Shown: positions 11,691 to 22,929 of the stretch, piece after piece
Layout of the letters: each line of letters begins with the position of its first letter
Numbering within the stretch: the stretch's first letter is position 1
Assembly (NCBI GenBank): GCA_009602725.1
Contig: WELB01000030.1
Location: 405,364 to 463,381 of the forward strand
Source of the DNA: Spirogloea muscicola
Lineage: Eukaryota
Direction of reading: 5' to 3'
Length of the DNA stretch: 58,018 nt
Made by a program: the position numbers and the translations under genes
Notes under the pieces: generated by a model
The model's input: the letters and a program-made list of their open reading frames with translations, nothing else
What the model was told of the DNA's origin: nothing
Databases searched by the model: none

Positions 11691-14600
11691 ATGTCTGAGC
11701 CAACACCTATCCCAGGGAAGGTGGAGGAGTGCTTGGCGGCTTCTGGGGCTGGCAAGGACGACGCTCTATCAGCTGTGGGCAAGTACAACTCCGCAGCTGC
11801 ATTCGTAGAGTCAGGCGTGCAGGACGGGCTTGAGGATGCGTGCAGCATCTGTCTCGAGACGTTCACTGTTGATGAACCGAGCTCGGTGAGCTTTGAAGTG
11901 CACTCGTGGCAATTCCCTGCAGTTCTTGTGTCGCTGCTGGCAAAGCCTCTCATGCTTAATTTACCGGCAGCGACAACCTGAAATGTGTGCGTCAATGTCT
12001 TAGAAGGCGGGATGCATTCGCATGCATTCTGGCATAGCACTTGTCACTTGGCAGTCAAGGGGTCCCACTTGAGAAGGTTAATGTAACCAACTGCAAGAAG
12101 CCACTATCATGCATTCTCAAAGGATGAGTTTGTCATGTCTGTTTGGCTTGTTTGTTGCTGTTAGTCCCTCATTAAAGCTTTAGTGCGGATGATTGATGAT
12201 CAACTTCTCCTTGGCAGCTGACGACCTGCAACCATGAGTATCACCTGCAATGCATCCTGGAATGGTGCGTCAAAGCAACTTCGTGCTCTGCACGCCGGCA
12301 AATGGCACTCCTCTGGACATTGGTCACATACAAGCCCTAGGAGTGCTTAGGAAGCAGGCATGCCATCAGCAAGCTGTCAATGCGATCAACACATAAATGT
12401 TAGCCCAGAGACTGAAAGCTTCGCAACTGTACTTGAGAAGAGTGCCCTGATTAGCAAGCCTTCCTGTGAGGCATTGCAGCCTTTGCTCAGGCTGTGCAAA
12501 CCTGTCTGTAGATTGTATTGACGCCCATGTGCCGAGCTGACAGGGCCCAAAGGAGCCAAGAGTGTCCCATGTGTTGGCAACCCTTGAGTTTGAGAGATGC
12601 AGACAGGTATGTCCAGGATATCTCCTGGTCCAAGTCAAGAGCGTAAGAAAGCTGGAGGATGCTTGCCAGATATTTGGCGTCTTGATAATCCCTGGTACTT
12701 GATGTACTGCCACTAGCAGGGATTGCAAGCTAGCTGAGGAATGTGGTCACAGGCGCAAGGTGTTTAGATTGAGGAATGTGGTCACAGGCGCAAGGTGTTT
12801 AGACTGTCTGTCAAGCAGCAGCAAGGTTGTGATGGAAGTTCTGCAGTAAGTGCAAATTGAGCAGGTGTGTTTGTCACATGTACACAATACACGTCAGACT
12901 TTTACTTTCTGATCTTCTGCTGTTCTTGTACTGCCAGCCAAGAGCTACTAGAGGCTTGCAGCCAAGAGAGGGTGCTCCTTAAGCAGGCATTATCGCCTCC
13001 TGTCTTCTATCGCGCGCCACTAGATGGCTTCGAGATGATTAGAGTATGTACAACGCACAAGCTGTATCTAAGAAATCGTTGCTCACGTGGTCCATATGCA
13101 TGCCTGTCATACATTGCCCAGGGGTCCAATCCCTTCTATTGTTCTGGTTTGATGGTGGACAGATCAGCTGCCATGGCATTACGTCATTTCTGAGTCTGAT
13201 GTTGGCCTCATCTGAGGAGCGTCGGCCACTGGTTCCTATCATGCATTTTCTCTCCATGCAGGGGCCAGTGACCTTGTTGCTTCTGGCATTCTCTTTTGCA
13301 GTATGCAGCCTCCTATCCTGATGATACGGACCTGGAGCGTCGCATCATGCAGCATCTTGCAGCTGCTGCTGCAGGCATGTCAAGGGCTCGCCTGGCAAAC
13401 CAGGATAGTGATTCTGCAAGCACACCCTCGGCGGTCACGCATGCAGCCAGTTTTGGACGCGCCACTAGTGCTCCAAACGCAGCAGCAGGTCCATCTACAT
13501 CTACCGGCAGGTCAGGGGGATTGTCAGCAGCAGGGATCAGTAAGGCAACCAGCAGCAGCCCACCCATCAGTCCACTGAGTGGATCGTCAAGAACAGCTAG
13601 CGCTCCTGGCATGCTGCTGACAGGCAGTGGGGCAGGTCCAGCTGTGATAGTAGGATCTGCTCCACCCGTGGGCTCAGGGCGGCTACTGAGGGAACACGCC
13701 CGCAAGGATGTAAAAGATAGACACAGGTCAATATCAAGTGATTATGGTGAGAGTAGCCAGCGGGACACTCCCAGTGGTTCTGACGCTCGGTGAGTATGCT
13801 TGTGCACATACGAGGACAGCATTGAGTTGCATTGACGCTGTGGTGTGCAAAGACTGTTCTGCCAAGCACAGCGCCAAGTCCTGCTCGTAGGTCATGGGGC
13901 AAGTCGTTGAAGGAGCTGTCATGCGCCTGGCGCATGTTGCCTCTGTGCTAACGACAGCTACTTTCTGATTTGCGTGTTGAGATGTTGGTCTCAGAGACTA
14001 CCAGGGCAGTGAAGTACCAGGCTCCAGCTCTGCAGAGTCATTGAAGGGCCGTTTTGTAGCAGCATCCACCAGGTCGGCTTGACTGTCGCGGATTGACCTG
14101 TTTTTCACTTGCCAGCTGGAGCATGAGTCAGCCAGTTGACTTTGCGCGTGGTGCTGAGTTGGTTGTGCTAGTAGGTCTGCTGGCTGTCTCATCTCAAGTC
14201 TTATTGTTGCTGACATACTCTTGTTATGGACACTTGCGCACACCAGATACCGAGAGACCTTGTCAAAGAGCACTCGCTCCTTCCGTGAGCGGCTTCGGCT
14301 TCGAAGTACCGCAGTTGCTGACCTGAGTGCACGGGCACGAGAAATGAGTGCTGGAGTTATGCGGGCCTTTGAGCGACCACCGGTCGAGGCAACAGACTTA
14401 GCCTTGAGGTTTGAAACGACTAGCCAGCCTTATGCTACAAGCTAAATCTGGTGCCGGTTGACTGTGTTGTGCTTGCTCTTTGACCAGCAAATAGGACGTA
14501 CTGCCTGGAAGGTTGCAGCTTCTTTGGCTATAACATACGCAGCTTCCCCTTTGCTGGACTTGTAATGCTAGACTTCCAATGTGAAAGAAAGCTTCATGTT

Positions 14601-14955
14601 AATTGGACCCTAGTAGTTTTGCTATTCACACTTTGAGATGAGCAGCTTTCATCAGTTGCTTTCCGATGTCAGAGCTGCCGGGGCTGATGCTGAAAGACCT
14701 CCTACAGCTGCGGTTGATGGGGATGAGCTGTCCCCTTCACTAGAGCCGAGTTTGACAACAGCAACAATGCCTGGAGAGAACGGCAACGATGTGGACTCTG
14801 ATGAGGGCGTTAGCAGCTTGACCTCACGCAAGGCAATGATAATGGCAGCAAGTGGAGATGCTTCAGTTGCTGGCGCTGTTCGGTCAAGTCAGCAAAAGGT
14901 GGACATGACTTTGCACCTGAATGGTTCGTGTGCAGTACATAATAGAGCTCTCTGA
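11691..14955 (+). CDS. RHF2A: RING-H2 E3 ubiquitin ligase, RHF2A/RHF1A-like, multi-exon
   Basis: SAAAFVESGVQDGLEDACSICLETF..EPSS | LTTCNHEYHLQCILEW | AQRSQECPMCWQPLSLRD | SQELLEA..QER | DLERRIMQHLAAAAA | ESLKGRFVAAS | RYRETLSKSTRSFRERL. These match the conserved blocks of plant RHF proteins. The last exon is less certain. Confidence 0.88.
12735..12803. repeat. Intronic tandem duplication, 35-bp period
   Basis: tgaggaatgtggtcacaggcgcaaggtgtttaga occurs twice, separated by 1 nt. Confidence 0.95.
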
Positions 14956-15734
14956 TACACAGGGTGCTGCATGTATTGATGCAGATTGAAGTCTTCTTTG
15001 GCAGAAACCTGAGTCTTAAAGTTAACTGGAATCTCTGCATTACAGTTACTGATCTCTTCTCTGGTCGCAGGCTAATACAGAGGGTGATGAACAACATTCA
15101 CCCTCGATCCCCCTCTCAGCATGAGAGGACAGCTTAGATTTGTTACTTTGTTGGAGATGCTTCAAGCACCTCCAATAAGTACTCAGTCCACCTTTAGGTT
15201 ACTTGAGACGCTTTAGCAGACACTTTTTGCCTGCAGTTGGTTACTTGCTAAGCCTCCTGTTTAAGTACCACTTAGAGCATAATATCCAAACCCCCACCAC
15301 TCCCCCCCCCCCTCCCCCTCCTCTACCCCCTCCCCCTCCTCTGCTTCTCTCCACCTCAGGAGGGTGGACAGACGAGGGAATTTGCCCAGACTTTGGTTTG
15401 TGGTGAGGTTGGATTCTGCTTGCTGACAGAGGGTACAGACACAGGTAGGAGATCTTAATGGATATCACTGCCTACAATGCCTACAACTACGAGCACTACA
15501 CTCACCACGGGCAAAGTATGCCCAATGGGTTGGTGCTCTTCATATATGTCACTCTGCAGCATCGGTTGAAAAAGATGCCTGTTGACTGTGCCAGTGGCCC
15601 TGTTCTTCCTTTTCTACCTGCTGAGAGTCTGTGAAAGGGGAAGTGCCTCTGTGGACTTAATAGTTTACCCAGTGAAGTGCATCTGGTAGCCAACGCTGAG
15701 CTACTAGAGGTTTCACATGCATTTTGTGGCAATG

Positions 15735-16195
15735 CATGTCATGAGTGCATATGCAAGTCAACTTATTCGCAGGTGTTAGCTGATGCTCATAAACAGACGG
15801 CAGTTGACAAGCCCTTGTGCCACCAGCTAAAGCTCGACCAGCTTTCTGGTGCGAAGCATGAGCCTGAGCTCTCTTCAAACAGGCTGACCACGACTATGCA
15901 GAGAACGACAAACAGGCTGCGGCCCCCTTGTAGCTGGAAGCATATCTTCACTTCGTGCATATATTCAGACTTGCAATGTACTGAAATAGGGTATGATGAC
16001 GGGCATTCAGGCAGCCAGAGGTGTCAATTGCGGCTGGTAGGAGGTGACCGTTACGAGGGTGGTCAGAGGACCCATGCAGCCAAAGGTGTCAATTGCAGCT
16101 GGTAGGAGGTGTTCACTGCGGGGGTGATCAGAGTGGTGTTTGAGCTTTCTCTGCTCTGCACTTCCCACTGCGTGACCAGCAATGTGAGTCTATGA
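15735..16195 (-). mobile_element. Degenerate CRE-like 3' fragment (family A) with an internal duplication of about 36 bp
   Basis: Homologous to 7770-8190 and encodes RAQAHASHQKAGRALAG. The segment gcagcca.aggtgtcaattgc.gctggtaggaggtg is duplicated at about 16012 and 16076. Confidence 0.75.
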
Positions 16196-16329
16196 TGCTG
16201 GGCTCTTGTCAATTCTTTTTGGGCTGGCTTATCACAGCCTTTGCCCCGTTGGGAGAGCCACTTCTTTTTGTAAGCCATACGTGCGGCGTCTGGACGTGGT
16301 CGACACCTACCGGGGCGGTGGGCCTCGTC

Positions 16330-16900
16330 TGCCTTGGACGTGGTACTGATCGACACATACAAGGCTGGCGCACCCACGTCAACCGTGTCTGGCTGGGCCA
16401 CGTCCAGCGCGGAGCGCAAGGAGCGGCACTACCGGGACCATCCCCAAGGGGACCATGTTTATCCGTGTGCCATTGATATCTACGGAGGCTACGGCGTAAA
16501 ATGGTCCTCCGTGATACAGCATCTGGCCCGGCTGGTCGATGCGCGTCGTCGAAGTCGGGGGGGCAGCTTGGGCCACTCCAGCATTCTGCAGGCCTTAGTT
16601 GCATACTAAAGAATGCGGCTCTCGCTTAGATTGCAGCCCTCGCAAGCATTGGCTCTTCATCAACGTGCAGGGCGCGCTCTAAGTCAGGCCTCCGGCTTTC
16701 GTGGCGGCGCTCCAGCTCCCCAAGTCAGCTTGGTCAGATTTGTTTGTGCTCACCCGTGGGTAGTAATGTCACCTTAGGCACCTTAGTTCAGGTCTCCGTA
16801 TTATGTAGGCTTGTTTAGTTTGCACTAAACAAGCCTACATTAGACTCTGCCTGAGCAATGTATTGGCTTGCATTGGCCTCCCTTTCATTTCATGCGCCCC
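16330..16900 (+). mobile_element. 5'-truncated CRE-like retrotransposon (family B)
   Basis: LDVVLIDTYK...GWATSSAERKERHYRDHPQGDHVYPCAIDIYGGYG..W..VIQHLAR, then RLSLRLQPSQALALHQRAGRAL. This is an endonuclease C-terminal region followed by a 3' tail. Confidence 0.75.
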
Positions 16901-17172
16901 GCGCGCCTTCCCCCCCTTTTTGCACGCCTCCCCTACTTGGGAGTGCGGGCTCCGCGTTGGGAGCAGGCCACGCCAGCGCCAGTGGCGGAAGGTGGGAGAG
17001 CCCAACGGCAGCTGCGTCAAGCGCCCCGGTGGGCGGGGGGGGGGGGGCAGCACCCGCGCCGCCCGATGCTGCCGGCATCGGACGGCACCCCGGGCCCCCC
17101 CACCCGCCCGCGGCGGGATTCAAAATGCAGCCCCGGCCCGCGGACCCGCCGCTGTCGCGAGCTCTGTAGCGA

Positions 17173-17303
<131 letters not shown>

Positions 17304-17730
17304 NNNNNNNNNNNNNNNNNNNNNNNNNNNNNNNNNNNNNNNNNNNNNNNNNNNNNNNNNNNNNNNNNNNNNNNNNNNNNNNNNNNNNNNNNNNNNNNNN
17401 NNNNNNNNNNNNNNNNNNNNNNNNNNNNNNNNNNNNNNNNNNNNNNNNNNNNNNNNNNNNNNNNNNNNNNNNNNNNNNNNNNNNNNNNCCTCTCCCTCCC
17501 TCTCTCCCCCTCCTCCCCCCTCCCCTCGGCCGTCCCCCCGTCCATCCAGGGCGCACGCTATGCCGCCCGCGCCGCCGCCGGCGCGCCCCAGCCTCGCCCT
17601 ACGACGGCGCAGCGGCGCCATGGCCTGCGCAGGCTCTGCTGTCGGCCCGACGCCTGCAGGCCCGCCATTGAGGGCAGCGTAGCAAGCGGCGGCAAGGCCG
17701 CCTGGGCCAGGCGGCACGGTCTGGGGCGAC

Positions 17731-20185
17731 ATGGTGGCCGACAGGACCTCTGGCACGGATGGCCAATCCTCCGAAGACGGCGACTTGCCTGGGCCAGAGT
17801 GCCTGCCCCACACTAAAGCCTGCGACGCCGCTGAGCTGCATGCGCAGCTGCCGCTGCTGCTACAGCTGGCGCTGCCGCGGAGCTGCGAAGAGGAGCCCTC
17901 TCTCCAATCGTCCCCCGAGCACCATCAAGAAAGCATCCGTCATCAGCCTGCACATTTCATTGCAGCGGGAAGCAAGCTCGATGGCCGTGACATGAACAGT
18001 GGCGGCGATGGCAGCCTCGCTACTGAGCTGGACTGTCAGGAGGAGGAAGGCGAGGAGGAGGGTGACCTGCACGAGCTCGAGGGAAAGCTGAGAGAGATGC
18101 GGCAGGCGCTGGAGCGCGCGCAGGAGGACATCGAGGTCTCCGCGGCGTCGCAGCCGCAGCCGGGCAGGGCCGCGGCGCTCGCCGTGGCCGAGGAGCGGGA
18201 GGCCCTGTGGCTGCGCCTGCTGGAGGCCCAGGGCGAGCTGGCCCGCGTGCGCGAGCGCCATGGGGCGGCGCTGGCGGACCTGAGCGCATGCAAACGGGAG
18301 CGGGAGGCTGCGGTGGAGTGCGCGACGGCGCTGCAGGAGCAAGTCCACCAGCGAGATCTGGCGCTGGAGGCGGCACGCGCGGACCTGGAGAAGCGCGTGG
18401 GCAACGTCCTGACGGAGGTGCCGCTCTGCTTGCATGGTTGATGCTGTGACATTCCGACAGGCCTCCACATCGCTGCGCTTCAGTGGCTAAGGGCTTTGAG
18501 TATGAGTTGACGAGGAGTGGGACCACAATGTCGGCTGTGGAGCAGGTCAACGGCCTGCTGCGGGAGAAGGAGCAGTGGGCCACCAAGGTGCTGGCGAGCG
18601 AGCTGGCCCGCATGGCCGCCGAGAAGCGGGCCATGGAGACCGCCGCAGCTGCCGAGGCCGCGCAGTGAGTACATGCTTCCTGTTGGGCCACCACCAGCCA
18701 AGCGAGCAGCAACACAGTCGTGCATCTGGGTGTGCCTGCTGATGTTGGCAGGCTCGCGCGCATGCCCAGGTTGGAGAGCCGTGCGCTGCAGGGAGAGGCG
18801 GCAGCGTTGCAGGCAAGGCTGGCGGCTCGGGAGGCGGATGCAGAGTGCAGCTCAGCGGAGCTGCGCCAGGCGCGGGAGCGGGCGGCGGCAGCCGAGGCCG
18901 TTGCGGAGGCGCGGAGGCAGGAGGTGGCCGAGCTCCTGGCAGGCCATCGTGCGGATGCAGAGCAGCTGGAGGCCTCGCTGGCAGCGAACCGCGCAGGCCT
19001 GGCGGCCAAGGAGCAGGAGCTGGCGACCGTCACTGCGGCGCACCGCTCCACCATCGACTCACAGCAGGCGCATGCTACGGAGTTGGAAGAGCGGGAAGCG
19101 GTGCTTGCCATCCGCGTGGCAGCTCTGGAGGCAGAGCGCGACAGATTGAAGTGCATGCGGCAGGACGAGGCCGCAGCATGGCAGGGCGAGCGTGAGGGAC
19201 TTGCCGCGCACGCAGCAGGCTGCGAGACCACCAGCCTGGAGCTGAGGAAGGAGCTGGCAGCCGTCAGTGCTCGCTGCGCAGATCTGGAGGCGCAGCTTGC
19301 TGGCACAAGGGATGCGCTGCAAGTGGCTCAAGCAGCCAGCACTGATGCACGGACTGCGCGTGATGGCCTGGCGGTGGCGCTGGCCGAGGTCCAGAGATCA
19401 GCAGCCGCAGCAGTGGAGGATGCACAGCAGGAGCTTGAGGAGCGGGCTTGTCGACAGCGGGACAGCGCCACAGCGGCGGCGGCGATCCTTGTGCTCGAGG
19501 CCCGGTGCAAGGAGCTGGAGGGCCAGCTCAGGGCTGCGGCAGCGGCAGATGGTGCCGAGCGGCTGGCGCTGGCCGAGCGCTGCGCTGGGCTGGAGGCTGC
19601 GGCGCTGGAGGCCTGCCAGTTAAGGGCCGACCAGGCGGCACTAGCTGCGGAGGCCACCGGCCTCCGCCAGCGCTGCAGCATACTGGAGGAGGAGGGTCGG
19701 CAGCGTGATGCAGCGGTGCGCCACGTTGAGGTGCTGCTCGCAGATGGCGCACGTCAGGCGCAGCGTGCGGCCTGCGAGGAGGCAGAGCGACGCAAGCGCG
19801 CTGCGGCTCTGGAGCAGGCACTACACCACGAGGAGGTGCACTGCTGTTGTTGTTGAGCGCCGCTAAGCTCCGCCTGCAGCTGTGAAACCGTATGCAGTGC
19901 TAAACACATCCTGAGCCATGGTGGAGTTTTGACGTGCCTCTTCAGGTCGTACAGCTGCAGAGGTTACTGGCAGAGCAGGAGGCGAGCCGTGCGGCAGAGC
20001 GCAAGGCTGCTGCGTGCGAGCAGGCGGCAATGGCAGACGCCTTCTACCACATCAACCTGGAGCTGGAGCGTTCCCGCGGAGATACGCGGCGGGGTGGCAT
20101 TGGTGGCAGTCTGCCGATGGCAGTTTCCCTCTTGCCACCACTGTCGACCAAGGGTGGCCTGCTGAAGGGCTCGCCGCTCATGTGA
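17731..20185 (+). CDS. Ala/Glu-rich long coiled-coil protein of unknown family, about 4 exons
   Basis: Heptad-rich ORFs joined by GT-AG introns (about 17731-18417, 18484-18664, 18752-19835, 19946-20185). The start codon is uncertain. Confidence 0.7.
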
Positions 20186-21587
20186 GCTCTTCCCCCATCA
20201 CCACAGCCTGCACATCGATAGCTGCTCATGCTCAGCTGGTGCTTTGTCACGAAGCTCAGTGTAATGTTGCTGTCAACCTTGTCTGCAGCGACATGGTTAA
20301 TACCATGAGTAACGACCCCTGCATTGGTCAAGGCATACATGCAAAAACTAGTGCTTGCTCGCTTCGTGCAGCAGGAGGGAGGCCCCGCAGATGGCGGCGT
20401 AAGGAAAACGAGGACGGTGGTGAATCAGATGTCGTCTGCCTCTGCTGCCAGTGTCCCTGGGACTCGAAGTGGTCCTTCCTTTTCTTGATAACGATGGCCG
20501 CCACAGTTTAGTTGAAAGTGGAGAGGGGAAGTCTACATGGTGGGGCTGTGGTGGGAGGGGGTGGGGGCCGGGGAGGGGAGGGGAGTGGTGGTGTATTGCC
20601 TACCGTGACCAGCACTGCCTTCCAAGACAAAGACCTGCGCTGGCTTGCTTGAGACCCAGGGGCACAAGAACGTATGGAGCACGAGCACTGGCACAGCCTT
20701 TGAGGAGGCATGTGGCATCCTGGGACGCTGCTTGTCAGCAGCCACCGACTAGCCATTGCCAAATGCATCTGCTACAGTTGTCAGATGTGGGCTTTGGAGG
20801 CGTTAGCATGGGCCAACTATGCTTTGAAGGAATTCAGGACACGCTGAGCAACAAGAAGAGCTGCAGTGGACGACATAGACAAGGTTGCTGCAACCATCAA
20901 GCGGCTGACCACTTCTAGCTACACTGCTGAGGACTTAGCTGCTGAGTTGCTGATTCTCCGCAGTCTCAAGTTGGCATGCTATGCGGCATACTTGTGTGGT
21001 CTATACACAGGACCTGAGCAAGCGGTGTCGCTGCCGTAGGGGTTCTGCCGCACTCCCTGACTGCTGCTGGCCAGTATAGGTACGACGACAGCAACTGGGA
21101 GCTTGGCTGGCCTTTCGCAGCCATTGTCTAGCAATAGAAGAGCTGTTTCTCTTGCGATCTGTTGCGGAGCCGGCTCTCTCTGCTCGCTACACACCTTGTA
21201 CACTCTTTGGGCTGGCCCCTCACAGTCATTGCCTGACATTGGGAGTATAAATTCATCTCTGCGCTCGCTGGTGGCCCCCCCAAGGCAGCTGCTGCCGCCA
21301 TGGCGGCGTGAGACACCCATGCTGGCCGCCGCCCGCCAAGCGCCGCCGCCGCTGCTGCGCGGCGCCGCGGCCGCCGCCGGGGAGCGGCTCCTCGGCCGCC
21401 GCCTCCNNNNNNNNNNNNNNNNNNNNNNNNNNNNNNNNNNNNNNNNNNNNNNNNNNNNNNNNNNNNNNNNNNNNNNCTCCTGCCGCCAGCTCCGGCGCCG
21501 CCCCTGCGAGCGCGGGCCGCTCGCCCCTCCTGGCGCCGCCGCAGCGGCGGCGGCGTCCTATCGCCAGCTCGGGCGGCCGTCGCGGCC

Positions 21588-22620
21588 ATGGCTGGCGACG
21601 AGCAGGCCAGGAGGCACTTCGTGTTACTCTACGGTACACTCACTCAACCTTGATCCTCAATGGCAGTGCCTGATCTTATGGCTTGTTGGAGAGACCCACG
21701 CCCGCTGCATGCAACGCCTCTTCTTTTGGGTCGCAGCCATTATGAGCAAAGCAGATTAGCAGGGACAAGGCTGCTCAGCCCAAGCTATCTTCATACACGT
21801 ACTTTTTAAAGACATCCGAGTCAGTCGGCTAGGCAGCGCGGTCAGAGAAACAGAGTCCGGGCTATATGCCCGCAAGTTGGCATGAAGACTGCTGCCTTGG
21901 GCTTGATGGCTAGGGATGCTACTGGCAAGAGGGAACTTTAGTCCTCAACGTGGCTGCTCTCAGGCCTTCTTGCTGAGAGCATCTTCATTATTGATAGAAG
22001 CAAAGAAGCACTAAGCTAAAGCTTCGTCAACATCCAAGCATCCAAAATATGATGGACTCGGAAGCCAGCTTCGGTAAATCAGGAGGTGTTGATCATATTT
22101 GCTAACAGCTGCCAGAGCTGCGCACTTTGCTAATGGACGGCATTGGCATGTTAGCCCCCAACTTCATTTGCTGTGAAGCCGGGTAGCATACCAAGCACGC
22201 TTCAACATTGATCTGCCATCGGCTGGTCCTTGCAGACTATGTTGAGGGCATCCTTGAGAGGCGGGCGCCGTTCCGCGCTCCTCACCTGGCTCTCTGCAAG
22301 GAATACGTCGCTCGCGGCGACCTCTTGCTAGGCGGCCCACTGCAGGACCCGACAAACGCCGCCATACTTGTCTTCCATGTTCCGAGCGCCTCTGGTGAGA
22401 CTTGACTCATGCCGCTGCTGTTGCACCTCCACTTCTGTGTGGACTTTTGAGTAAGCCTGCACTTTTTGCAGTTCTGATGAAGCAATACACTGCTTGTGCA
22501 GAGGTTGAGCAATTTGTAGCACAGGACCCATACGTCCTCAACGGACTGGTAGTGAAGTGGTCCGTGCGCCCATGGATGGTCCTCGTTGGGTGTGCGCCAA
22601 GTGTGCCAACAGATCCTTAA
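21588..22620 (+). CDS. YciI-like protein, 3 exons
   Basis: MAGDEQARRHFVLLY | DYVEGILERRAPFRAPHL...GDLLLGGPLQDP..AILVF | EVEQFVAQDPYVLNGLV.KWSVRPW. The R...R..HL and DPY..G motifs are characteristic. An upstream targeting peptide may lie in the gap. Confidence 0.88.
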
Positions 22621-22929
22621 GTTGGCCGGCCTGCTATCATTGGCGGGAAGTGGCACGAGGCAGAGAGGAGCTTTTCTGCTGCCCTCATCCTTCATGGCCT
22701 CTCGATAACGGCTGCAAGTAGGCCTGCCACTTCATGAGACTTTTCGAGTTTATTTGAAATTCCTGTCTCTGCAACAGTCCTGATAGATGGCAGAGGTCGC
22801 CTGCCACCATCTGGTGGATCTGCGCCAGCCTCACATGTCAAATGCAGGGATTGTCTAAGTGAGGCCAAATTAAGCTCGCATTGAGCCTCTTTATGTTGTC
22901 CGACTGTGGGTGCAAGATTTTGATATGAA

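Noticed and set aside
18020..19306. 428-aa antisense ORF (and similar ones opposite the 14-3-3 genes and at 54668-55759)
   Set aside because: These are shadow ORFs caused by high GC3 codon usage in the real gene on the other strand.
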